Of a stretch of DNA of 46,926 nt, positions 23,188 to 35,100 are shown one piece after another. A program made the translations under genes and the position numbers. Source of the stretch: Spirogloea muscicola (lineage: Eukaryota); assembly GCA_009602725.1 (NCBI GenBank), contig WELB01000018.1, positions 301,802 to 348,727 on the forward strand, read 5' to 3'. The notes below the pieces were generated by a model. It searched no databases. It worked only from the letters and a program-made list of their open reading frames with translations, and was not told the origin of the DNA. Each line of letters starts with the position of its first letter. The first letter of the stretch is position 1.

Positions 23188-24867
23188 AGCATCGGAGAAC
23201 CCACGCCGTCTGTGCCTGGCTGGCAACAACCCACGCGGAGCACGAAAAGGGAGAGGCACCACAAGGATCACTTCGGAGGAGACCACTTCTGACCGTGCGC
23301 TATGAACGTCTTACGACAGCTTCGGCAAGCGGCAACCTATGTTTATCTCTCCTCCAGGATCTGGCTAAGGTGGTTGACACCGTCGTGGTAGTGGGGGGGG
23401 CAAGCTTGGGGCATGCTAGCAGTCCGCAGGCGTTGTTTGCATGCTTCGAAATGTAGCTATTGCTATTCTCAGCGATTGTTCATCAGCCGCTGAGCCGTGA
23501 GAGGGGTGGCTGTGGAAGGTTAGCCCATCAGAGGTAGACAAAGTAAGGGGTGGAGAAAATGCCACAAGATCGCTAACTCCTGTTCGGATACCAGCCTTTG
23601 AGGGCAGATGTGTAGGACCTTGCTCCCACACACTTAGTCATTCGACCTTCGGCTTGGATGAGCCTTGATCGCTGCTGCTGTTTCCTACTCTCGAGAACTG
23701 GCCTCTTAGAGCCACCATCTTCTGCCAAATAGCAGTTCCTTCTACCCTCGCGTCCCAGCTCCTCCATAAGAGCACCACTCTCTGTCGCCCAACCCCCCGT
23801 GACAAATCCCACCTCCCAACAACGTGCGCCGCTGCCAGACCTGGCTCCTTTAGTTGCCCTACGCCGGGCTAACATGAATGTGTCACGCTGTCCTCTACCA
23901 CCTTCATTTTCCTGCTCAACAATCTTCAACGTACTTCACACGCATGACCCCCTTGGAGGAGGTCCGCATCCATTTGCCCACACTTACAGCCGCAGGCTCC
24001 GATCGCAAAGTGATACTACACATGATCGGCGTGAGTGCTGCTCTCGCTGCCCGATTGGCCATCCTTTCTCTAGTTGGCGCCTTCTTTCTGCAAAATGTGA
24101 TCCTCCACCATCAGCCCAGCCATCAAGTGAAGGACATGAACAGTAAGACCATTGTCCATGATCCATACCGGACCTCAAAATGTCCACCGTCTTGCCGCTT
24201 CTCCATCAGATTGATTTCCTGTATATTTCAGCTTCACAGATCACTCAGCCGCCTTTTGCCTGCCTGCCATCCACCTTTTTGACTAGTCCAGCAGGTGGTG
24301 CCGCACCTTCACAGCCTTTGCTGGTGTGATTGCAAATGGCGGCGCGTAGTATTCGAATCCTCTCAAACCTGCTACGTGTACTTTGCAAGCCTCGCCTTTG
24401 CTAATGTGATGTCCCACCAGATGAGCCTCCTGTCAAATATGGTCAAGCTCACAAGATCGTTTGCTCCCGCAACATATTGAGAAGCCAAGCACGTCAACAG
24501 TCCCAACACGAATACTGAGCAACCTGCAATACATAGACAATAGCAACTAATGGTTGTGAGGTAAATTTCTTCCTTGTACTTGAGCACGAGAATCAAAACG
24601 ATTCATCCAGCAGTATGCCAATCTTTGGTCTCGGGCGACAGTTGAGGAGGCAGATACAAGTTCTTGCAACGCGGAAAGCAGTTGAGAAGGGTCTCTTGAC
24701 AGTGAACCTCAAGTGAAGGACTGAAGCTTCTTGACGAGTTCCAGCAGAGGGCCTCATGTTATTTCTCATGTATAGTAGTCCTGCTCATGTACGGGACCTG
24801 CTTCGAAGATATGTGCAACCTGCTGGCTGTGCACCCAATCCTCAGCTGCCCAGCAACGGTGCAACTC

Positions 24868-26255
24868 TCATGCCTCCGCTGCTGTAGCACCTGCTGCTTT
24901 GCTAAGGCTGGCCTCCTGAGAAATAACACCCACTGCTTCCGCGAGGGGGTCATCATGCTGGACCCGCATCCACGATCGTTCTGATGGGCCCCGCCCAACC
25001 CCTGAAGCTGCACCGCTGCTCTTGACCGCACCCTCAGCCTTGGTAGTCCGTGTATGAGACTTGCCCAACGCTCTCAAGTCTACGAAAATGGGAGGTGGGA
25101 TGCAAAGGCTTGGGCTTGGCTTCACTCGCATATTGAGATCCTGAGTGGCGCCGCTGGAAGTGCTTGTACTGAGCAGGGCTGCCTCTTCTGCCACGTCGCC
25201 CAGCTGCTCAGATTCCGCCATCACAACCTGGCACATGCATGCAGAGCAGAATCCATAGTGCTCACTTCTTGCTAATCATGCGATTGCTGCATTGTCAATT
25301 TTGTCAATGCCGTAAGAAGTGTAGCACTTACTAGATATTCGTTGTATACCTCAATGGTGAAACTTGCAAACCCCCGACTCGCCACAGCCACAGGCCTTCC
25401 CACAAGCAGGGGAGATACATTATGATACGCGTGCTAGACTCTGGACATGGAGGCCATGCACCACACTGCTGTATTGAGCAAGAAAATGGCACCTTCCGTC
25501 CAAGGAGATCAAAAGTAACAACAACGCGCTTCTTGCGCTCCTCCTCTGCGCGCTCCATGTCTTCCTGGCGGTTCTGGAGCTGCAGCTTCTCCTGCACTCG
25601 TGATGCAAGGGCGATGACGAAAGGCTTGAGACCAGGCTGTGGCTAGTTGGTCATGGTGCCAGCCAATTATGGCAGTTGCAACCAAACGTCTACTGGAGCC
25701 CTTGTGAGATGCAGCCTACTGGAGAGTCGGGCTGCCTTACCTCCTCGCTTAGCCAGGCGTTGCTATCAATTTGGAAATAGTCACTCTGGTCGTCAATGAC
25801 TTCAGTCCTCCTTGCCGCGGTCCGGTCGTACTCCACTAGGCGATCCTGCATAGCACAAGCCACACAGTCCTCGTCAAAATTAGCCAAAGAAAGAGCCGGA
25901 GCTGATGTTTGAGGCTTGGCGCTAGGAATATCCAGTAATCCATAAGGTATCAGAGACATTTACTTCAGGTTGAGATTTACATTAACTTACAAAACACCAT
26001 CCACTTCGTGCTGGGTGGTTGTTGTGGACATGCTGCACTTGGAGATGGTGATCAACCTCGCAGACATGTCAGTGCATTCATGCTATTTGAGAGCCACTCG
26101 ACTTCTCGACAGAGCTCGACCTTGAAGGCAATTGCTTTGGCCTCTGCCTCACTCGCAAGCTCCGGGGGCAGGAGCGCCTGCTCATCCAACCCAGCGTAGC
26201 TACTGCCATTGCGCAGGACCAGCGCGCCACACGTTTCGCAGGGGCCCTCGCCCTC
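24868..26255 (-). CDS. ASC-1/TRIP4-like C2HC5 zinc-finger protein (plant short form), 5'-incomplete
   Basis: Exons give EGEGPCETCGALVLRNGSSYAGL...AEAKAIAFK|DRLVEYDRTAARRTEVIDDQSDYFQIDSNAWLSEE|EKLQL...RVVVTFDLLGRK|VVMAE...RVQHDDPL. The first half of the zinc finger is not found, and the upstream sequence ends at the single-N join at 26397. Confidence 0.88.
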
Positions 26256-26397
26256 CTGCCAAACGAACGATCAGATTGCATGCTTCAATAAAGTGGAGCT
26301 CTACATTACTTCCAGTCTAAGGTTTCAAAGTCAGGCTCACCCGTTTCCTTCTGGCGAAAGACAGTCCTGATTGAGGCAGAAAGGGGGGGGGGGGCGN

Positions 26398-26750
26398 CTG
26401 CTTCCGGGTCTCGCCCGGCTGCATCTTTTCCAGCCTCGAGCTACTCTGACCTGATGAAGAGGGGCTGGCAAAGCCAACCCAAAAAGAATGGACAATGTTC
26501 AAAGCCAAAGAAAGAGGTGCTGAAAAAGGACTACACTACAAAGTGCAAGATGGTGCAGAGGAGCCCTGCCGATCGAAGATGAGCTCGCCCATAGAAGAGA
26601 GGGGCTGGCAGAAGCCAGCCAAAAAAGAATGGACAATATCCAAAGAGCTCCAACACTAGCTAGGCATCTAGACAACTAGACATGACGGAACCACACGAAG
26701 TTCAATACCCGCGGGTGAGCAACATCAATGGGCGAGCACCTTCTTCTTTC
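26398..26750 (+). mobile_element. CRE-like 3' fragment with an internal 266-bp inversion
   Basis: The + strand encodes ASGSRPAASFPASSYSDLM. Segment 26457-26722 holds LLTRGY* plus the 3' UTR on the minus strand. The + strand then resumes with the terminal atgggcgagcaccttcttcttt. Confidence 0.85.
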
Positions 26751-26807
26751 CTGGAGTTGATGCAGTCGGCGGGGGCAACGTCGACTGAATGAAGGCGCGG
26801 CGCGCGA

Positions 26808-26862
26808 GGAGAAAGTGCTCGCCCATTGAGAGTAGGGGCTGGAACAACCAGCCCGAAAAAGA
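26808..26862 (-). mobile_element. CRE-like 3'-terminal remnant (hairpin plus tail)
   Basis: gagaaagtgctcgcccattgagagtaggggctggaacaaccagcccgaaaa is nearly identical to 39957-40007. Confidence 0.85.
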
Positions 26863-27287
26863 GGAGACGGCCACTCGCCCCAACTTTGACAGGATGGAGT
26901 AACCGCTTTCTCTCGTCTGTACTTTTACTGTAGTGCGCACCGCCGTTGTAAGAGCCTCACAATGCGAACTTTGTTCGAAGTCTGGCTCATTGCAGCTTTT
27001 ATTTTGATTTGGCCGCGCTTTGAACTACCGGCTGGCCGATCACAGTTGTACCCCCGATGGGCAGGCCCGCCTCGCGCCGGTCGGGCCTCCGTCGCCGCCG
27101 CCCGCCGCCGCCATGGCCGCTGGCGCCGCTTGCGGCGGGCTGCTGGGCCTGGCTGGCCTGCAGGCGCGCGCGAGGTGAGACGCGGGGTTCGACGCCGCGG
27201 CAGAAAGCGGCGCAGCAACTGGGGACCGTGGTGCACGTCGAGGTCGCTAACTGACGCCCGAATACCGAACGGCAAGTGGGATGCAAG

Positions 27288-28145
27288 CTCATCCAACGAG
27301 GGCGAGGGCTGAAGAAAGAGAGAAAATGCGTGTATATTAAGAGATGGGGAGGCCATGTGTGGCCAAGTACAAAGGCAAGCACATTGGACAAATGTACGTC
27401 ACCTGCTGCTAAGCTGACCCGCTCAGTAACCACGAAGAGAGAAGGCGCGCGGTGCGCATGAAATTGAATGGGAGGCAAATTCTAGCCTTACAAATGTCAT
27501 TTTAACTGGGTAATGAGCTGGCCAAGGGGGACACTAATATCCCCGAGTGAGCACATGCATATCTGACAAGCTATACTGAGGAGCCGAACCACCACCACGG
27601 AAGCCATTAGCCTGGGCTAATGCACGACCAGCACGCTGGTGAAATCGCGAGTGCTTGGGAGCGCTGCAGACTCAATGATAGCCTCATCCTGTAGCATGCA
27701 ACGATGGCTTGTGGGACGCTAGAATGGCCTAAGCTACCCGCCCGACTACGTCGGCGGGCATCAACATGCAGTGCCAGGCGATGGAGGAGGGCAGACCACT
27801 TCGTTCCGTAGCCGCCGTAGATGTCCATGGCGCATGGGAAGAAGTGGTAAAAGAATGGACAATGGTTCGAAGGGGCCAAATGACGGAGGGGCCTAGAAGA
27901 GCAAGCAAGCGCGGCCAGATTGACTGGTGGCTGGGAGAGGCCAGCCCAAAGGAGTGGACAAGGTCTGAAGAAGGCGGAGTGCTAAGGATTAAGACCTCAG
28001 CAATGAGACTCTCAGTAACCTCTTGTCAAGCGCTAAAGCACGAAGCAGCTACGAAGGGGCCCGAAGATGCTATGTCAGAATGGGGGGAGGATGGGCTGAA
28101 GAAGCCAGCCCGAAAAGACTGGACAAGGTCAGAAGCCGGAAAGCG
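27288..28145 (-). mobile_element. Cluster of at least four co-oriented 5'-truncated CRE-like fragments
   Basis: Three separate RGY* ends on the minus strand (stop codons at 27423, 27534 and 28012), each with a different 3' UTR. 27607-27848 encodes a degenerate endonuclease C-terminus (FFPCAMDIYGGYG..W..LL..LA...YRMRLSLSLQRSQA). Confidence 0.88.
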
Positions 28146-28696
28146 CTGAAACACAGTAAACGAGTACCTCGAAGGATGGTACCCTCGCTCAGTGCGTATG
28201 ACACCTCGTGACAGCCACGGATTGACATCAGCTCTACCGCTGCAGCTTCTTCAAAGCCTGCCTGCAGCAGCTACCACTTATCAGCAACTTAGGCCCTTGC
28301 CGTCGCGCTCCCTTGGGCACTGCCCGTGCCAGCAGTGGTGCAACCTTGTGAGTTGTGCCGCATGGATTGCAGCAGGCATCTGGATCTCAAGCCCTCTAGC
28401 CAACGAGAGCAATATGTAAGCGTGAGCCACTGAGGCAGAACAACAGTGAGGTTGCCTACATGCTGCTGTCACCTTGACAGGCATGCAGAAGCAAATTGCA
28501 TGCTCTTTAATAAGCTGGTGCCGTGGAGGCAATTTCTTTCCGGCAAAAGCAAGCATTGCTGACAAGCTCACGGGCGCCGATGCAGCCATCAGGAGCCTAA
28601 GCATCTAATGTGCTGATGATGACATTGTAGAGAACATAGCAAAAGAGATATGAAGCATCTCCTCCTATAAGTACGTGGGTGCAGCCTAGCTCATTG

Positions 28697-31244
28697 CTAT
28701 AGCTTTCCCTTGGACTTCATGGGCGCCCGCACCATATGTAGCCGCCGATATGCGATGTAGGCTGTTGCTGCCGAAAGAGTGTACCTGCGCATTCACAAGG
28801 ACAGCCTCATACACATGTTGTTCTCATATACTGCTCAACATTTGCCCATACGCAAAGGGTGTTGCATGCGATATCCTATGTAATACAGGTCCATTAACAA
28901 GCAATGTCCAACTACAAGCAATGTGCTGGCAATGAAGTAAAGAAAGGCAGGCGGTGTGAGATGGACAGTCCACGCTCAGGAATCAATTTCAGAAATCTAT
29001 CAAGGTGGGCCACGGCTTAAAACATAGATAAGCAAGCCTTGACGACTCTATCACGTGATGCACCGTCGTTGACCTACCAGGTGATTGCATAGTTGAGATG
29101 GTCCTGTGGCATCACAGACTGCCGAACGAGCTCCGATGGTTCCTTGGGAATCGGCGACCCTTGCAACGTCGCCTCCAAGGCGCCACCATCTCTGATTGCG
29201 TCCACTAGCAGCGTGCCCGGCGGCAGGCCGCAGGCGGCCGCCATGGCAGGTACATCCATATAGAACCACTGCCCGGCGGTCGGCACATTTGCCGGCACAA
29301 AGGCGCTCGGCTGCTCGCTCGAGCGTACGACTCCGCAGATCCTCATCACAGGTGGCGGCGCTGTGCCCTGCCCAGCTAGCACATTCCACAGTCGTGTCAC
29401 CACAAAATCTCTGTGGTGGTAATTTCTAGGTGTGCAGCGGGCTGTCAATGCCTGCCACCGGCTCCGCTACGACAGTGGGCACACACCTCCACCGCAGCGC
29501 TTTTAGCTTCATGTCCGGTGCTCCAGAAGTGCCACCAGCTCCTTTGGTGCCTATTATCATTTGTAACAACAGAGCCAGAGCCCGATGGACTGGCAGTCAA
29601 AGTGCGCACCGGCCCGGTAAGGGCCGCAACTTGATCGACGCCCTCGTTGTGGTCATGCTCCCTCCTCCACGCCTCAGTCACCCAGCCCCTGTTGACGAGG
29701 ACCGGTGGCCGCGAGCTGCACCCCCATGGAAAACAGCAGTCATGGCTGTTGGGTTACACCATTCAACTAATCCCTAAATGCAACTGTTCAGATCCCAACA
29801 TAGACCTGCAGAGCTTGAGTCTAGGCGGCACTGCGGAAGTCTGTGATGCTGCACGCCGCAAGCGTGCTGAGGACCTGGAGAAGCTTCTACCACAGGCCGT
29901 TCTCAGCGTCGGGGAGGACCGGCGTGATGAGATAGTAGCCCTTCTCGGTGATGCCGCCAACGCTGCGCCCCCGTGGCCCGACAAACAGTGATCGTGCCTC
30001 GTCGAGCGTGCCCTCGCAGACCACCCTCCGATACTCAAGTGGGCCGGTATTGCCCGCCCCGCTACCTCCCACGTGCTGGCTGCTGCTGGCAGCAAGCTTC
30101 AGCTCCAGAGTCAGGGGCACCGGCTCCTCTTGTAGCCGCTGCTCACGCTGCTGGAGAAGGTCCACCTGCTCAAGCAATGGCCATCTCTGACTGCAGCTTT
30201 AGGTTCAAGAAGGCATCATATTGGATCTCTCAGAGTGTGCTACTAGCAGAGTGCGTGCAGCTTTTTACAAAAAACTGCTGCAAAGCGGGAGCTTCAGTGC
30301 AAGAGCTGTCCTTGCACTGGACCACTGAAGCTGCTCAATCTAACACCACAAGTTGCTCTTCAATCCTATACACATTTTACTTCCTGGAGCAACTAGATGA
30401 ATAAGCACAACCTCTTCTGCACTACGTTGGCAGAGAAAGTTCCAGTGGCATACGTGGCTTCGGCTTGTTGCAAAGCAGAGCTCTGATGGACTGAGAGCAC
30501 GGGGGCGTTGAGGTTCAGGAGGGGCAAGACCTTCCGCTGCCGCCTCTGAAGCTGCCACGTGCCGAGGCCGAACGCAGCAGCAGGGGGCAGGAGCAGCACA
30601 AGAATGGACCACCCAGGGGGCCGCTTCTCTGCGCCTGGTGGTACCACTCTTACCAGTGTTTCTGTGCATTACAAGCACAATTTTGCCTGTCATAAGCTGT
30701 GAACTAAAGTAGCACAGGTGGGGGCTGAACAAGGGGACGACACAAGGCACAGGCTCGCTGGTGCCTCAGCTCAATGGTCCGTGGTGGTTAATCCATCATC
30801 CACAGTCTGAATATAGCTCACCGCTACTCCCTCAGTCCCATGCTAACGTAACTCCACAGACGGACCTGTCAACCTGCTCCGCAGTGCCCCCTGTTGCCGA
30901 AATTGGTCGTGACAGCAGCTTGGCCAGGCTCGGCGCCATCTGCGAAGCTCTAAGCTGAACCCCTCATAGTGCTCACTGTGTGATCCCGCCCGCCGCAAGG
31001 GCCACAAGAGGCCGCAGATGCATCGCTGACCCAGCTTGCAGAACCACGCGCCGGCGCCCGGGATGTCGCTGCGGCAGTAAGCATCACCTGGCGGCGCGTG
31101 CGCAGAAGCAGCGGTGGAGAGTCGCTGGACGGGGCTTCCACACGGGGCGCCGTCAATGGAGCTCCAGAGGGACGGCCTCGAGACGGCAGCAGTGGATCGT
31201 CTGAGCTGCCGAGCGGCTGCCGCAAGGGCGGCTTTCAGATCCAT
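28697..31244 (-). CDS. SURF1: SURF1/Shy1 cytochrome c oxidase assembly factor
   Basis: Arg/Ala/Ser-rich presequence, then LLLPPAAAFGLGTWQLQRRQRK|VDLLQQREQRL...EYRRVVCEGTLDEARSLFVGPRGRSVGGITEKGYYLITP...GVVRSSEQPSAFVPANVP..GQWFYMDVPAMA...HLNYAITW|YTLSAATAY...KL* (stop 28697-28699). Confidence 0.95.
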
Positions 31245-31459
31245 CGGGCGACGCGCCGGCGGAGCTCCTCAGCCAGCGGGCCCCCACGGCTGCAGCAGGC
31301 GCTGCCACTGAGACAACGGCAGTGGCCAGTGGCCCAGCAAGCCCAGGCGACACGCCGGCGATGGAATGGCGGCGCGGCAAGGCTGGGCAAGGCTGGGCAA
31401 GGCTCTGCCGTGGCAGAACTGGCGGCGTCTGGGAGCTGGCTAAGCAGCGGCTGCTGCAC

Positions 31460-31710
31460 CTCCCTCCCCACCTCCCTCTCTCTCACTCTCCCTCCTCCCC
31501 TCCCCTCTCTTCTCTCTCCCTCGTCTCCCTCTGATGCCCACCACTCCCCTCCTCTCCCTGTCGCCCCCCTTCCGGCCCCAGCTCTCCCTCTCTCTCCGCA
31601 TCCCAGGACCTCTGTCTCTCTATCTCCCTCTCAATCTCCTGTCTCTCGCATGTCGCAGTTCCAGTCGTCCTCGCACCTGGCCTCCTTCCCTCGTCCCCTC
31701 CGCCAGCCTT
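31460..31710. repeat. CT-rich low-complexity tract between the divergent SURF1 and RNPC3 starts
   Basis: Direct reading: cctccctctctctcactctccctcctcccctcccctctcttctctctccc... Confidence 0.8.
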
Positions 31711-32164
31711 CAGTGAAGCTCATCCGCTGATATTGAGCATTGGCACAGAGCAGGACCTTGCCGTCGCGCACGGCTGTCGTACCCCTTGATTATATGCGAA
31801 ACGCCCATCTCCCACCTCGCAGCGGCACACGCCTGCATCCCTCCACAGGCCTCTTCCTGATGCTCGCCTGCTCCATGCTCCGCTTGTGGAGTGCTGGAGG
31901 GCGATGACGCCACTGCTTGCCGCTCTCTCAACTGGTCCCTCGGCGGACGGGGCCAGCAGCGCTATGGACATGCGCAAGATTGCACAAGGCGGCAGCCGGA
32001 AGCCTGGAGAGGTGGCTGAGTCTCCTGGCATGCGGTGAGGCGACCAGCGACGGTCTACAGGCGACGGGCGACGGCGCTGAGCTATATCCCCAGTGCCAGA
32101 GCTTGAGGACGTCAATTGGGTTCTCGCCGCTGACGCACCGGCCGGGAGCTGCCAAGGAGTTGCC

Positions 32165-35100
32165 ATGGTGGAGCCTCCTGGCGCGCCAAAAGGCTGCGCC
32201 ACTGCTACTGCAGCAACGCTGCTCGTGAAGCACATTCCCGACACAGTGCAGCCAGAGACGCTGCAGTGCCTGCTCGCCCACTACGGCGCTGCGGTCGTCC
32301 GGCCCTGCTCGGTTGGCAGGTCGGACCGCAGCCGCAGCCTCGTGGATGCCCTTGTTGATGGGCGGCCATGCCATTGCACGCTTGGGATGCCAGAGGCTGA
32401 CAGGGGCCCGTGCGGCGGGGGCGGCTGCGGCTGCTGCTGCTGCTCTGCAGGCTGAAGAACTGCGCCTACGTCGACTTTGCCGACGTGGCCGCCGCCGTAC
32501 GGGCACAGGCGCAGCTCCACAGGTGCGCTGTTCAGCCCTTGGCTTCGTAGCAGCAAGACGTTGCACAAGTGGCATGCAGTCCTGCCACTGCCATTTACTG
32601 GAGGACGAGACCGACTCCGCAGGCGCCACCGTAGATCACGGCATGTCTCTGCGTCAGCAGCATCCTGCCCGTGCCGCTGCAACCGCAACTGGGTGGCTCT
32701 GAGCCCGTCTTCTGTGCTTGGTGTCTGCCCCCGCCTTCTTTGCATGAGCGCGCCTGTACATTGGTGCTCTTGCCGGTTACTCAAGCACCATATACCAAAT
32801 AACCAGAGTCACGTAGTAGGGCTCAGGGCTTTGGGTTCTGTGTCAGTTACTTAGGCTCATGGTTTAGCTGTCAGGGCTTCTGCTAGGACTAGTCCCGGGG
32901 TTGACCCTCGTTGGCGCCCCCCAGGCTGCGACTCCTGAACAAGACGCTGTGGGTCGGGCGTGCGCCTGAGACCGAGCCCAAGGCCGAGCTCGCCGGTGGT
33001 AGCACTGCCAAGGCCGTGGTGGTGTCAGGCGCCCGCAGCAGCGGCCCCACTCCAGCACCGGCACCTATCGCTGTGCAGGCAGCTGCCGCCCCACCTGACG
33101 CTTCTCTCGAGCTCCACGCTCTCCCGCCGCCTTCCTCGCCACAGCCGGCACTTCGGAGACCGTACCTCGCCAGTCCCACCGAGCTGCAGTCGACTGCCAG
33201 CTTCAATCTAAGACCTGTCCTGCGAGGTCCCGCCCCTGTACCGACCCTGCTGCCGGGAAGCTATGCGGCAAAGCCTCCACCTCCTGGCGAGCCAATCGCT
33301 CCCTCGCTCGGCGTCGACTACCCATTCCCACCTGACTTGGAGTTCGTCCCATGCTCCCTCCGTCAGTATGGACTGTCGCCATGGTGTGAAGAGTACAGAG
33401 TGCTTGCTGTGCTGTAGTTTCGTTCCTGCAGTCAAGCTTGCCTACTCTCAAGTACTCCTCAATGTTATGTGGATTTATGTTCATACAGTTTGGTAGTCCA
33501 ATGCTGTTGTGAGGTCTGTGTTGAAGCGGCGGATGATGCTGATGCTTATGACTAAACACGGGTGCTGGCTTCTGTCGCGGCATATTGGCAGGTATGCCTA
33601 CCCTCCCCCAGACAGCAACATTCTCAGCAACATCACGAGTGCGCTCATCGCGGTGCCACGGCTCTACACGCAGGCAGGCTGGCCTTGCCCACATCCCTTT
33701 GTCATACCCCTTTGCTCTGGGGCGGCAGCCCCTTCCACACAGGAACTTGCACTGGCTTCGCTTTGCCTCGCTTGCCCTTGCACCACAAGGCATGAAGATG
33801 TGCATGCTTTCAACGGCCTGTTTCTTGCATGGAGCTCTCACTTGTCAAGTCTTCTGGCAGCATCCGCTCGACTGGAGACTGAGATTGTTGTCTCGCTTCT
33901 TGGGTATTGCCAGATATGGATAAAAAGCTTGCATACTGACATTTGTGTGGTTGTCCTTGTCATGATCAAGCTGAGCCCTTTCTGGGGGTGTGTGCCTGTG
34001 ACAGGTGCTCCATCTTATGAACAAGATGAACCTTCCTGCACCATTTCGGCCGGCCGTCCCCACTCCTCCATTCCCCTCAGCTGCCCCGCCTCCAGCGCCT
34101 CCCTCTTCTCCTCCCCTGACTGCTCAAGCGGCTCCTGAACTTTCCGACGGCGAGTCGGAGCTTGAGTCTGATGAGGAGGTCTGCTGGCGAACCAGCCCCA
34201 TGCCTACTCCAATGCGAGCCATGTCGAAAATTGGCAACTGGCAATTGTGACTCAGGACTGTGCATAATCCTCTCACTGAATTGCTTTGAGACTAGTTTTT
34301 AAAGCCAATGCACGCGACCAGGTGAGGGAAGGAGAAGGAGAGGATGCCCTTACATCCGGCATAAGACCAAGGAAGAAAGCGAGGGTCTCCGTCACAAGCT
34401 TGCCCCCACTGAAAGACGTGGCCAAGCCTACTTCCGTCATCAAGAAGAATGCAACCGTCATCCAAGTACGAGCATTCTAGCTGTTGACATAAGACCTGCA
34501 GACATATTGACTGTGCTACACAGTCTGGGGGCCTAGAAGCTTGTCGTACACCATAAAATATGCTCAAAATTCTGTCTTCAATGAAGCCGTGTATAAATCA
34601 GGTGACTGAGTGCACTGACTTTCTGATCTGACGATGTGCTTCAGATAAAGTTAGGGTCAAAGCTTGCTCCAGCACAACGACCAGGAGCAGGTGAAGAGAC
34701 AAGAGCCGCTCGGAAGCAGAACTCTGACTTGGCTGTCATTGAGGAGATTCAGAAGAGCAAGCTGTCGCCCGAGGAGATCCTAGCCATGCCCATGTTCAAG
34801 GTGCATGTGTTGACCGTCTGGCTTGGCCAATCAGAACCCCAATTTAGTCCAGATTACCTACAATTTTGGGTCAACTAGTTCGTCCACCTGCACCTCCAAT
34901 CAAGCACTGTGTGATGCACTATACAGAACTCCTGTATGAGGGGCCGGCAAGCAGTCTCAACACGCTTGGCAATGACCCAAATCAACGCGTTCAATCAACT
35001 TCCATTTCCAGAATTACTCAGTGGGAGAGCCTTCGGACGTCCTTTACATCAAGAACCTGGCCAAGGATGTCACACAAGAAGATTTGCTGCATATCTATGG

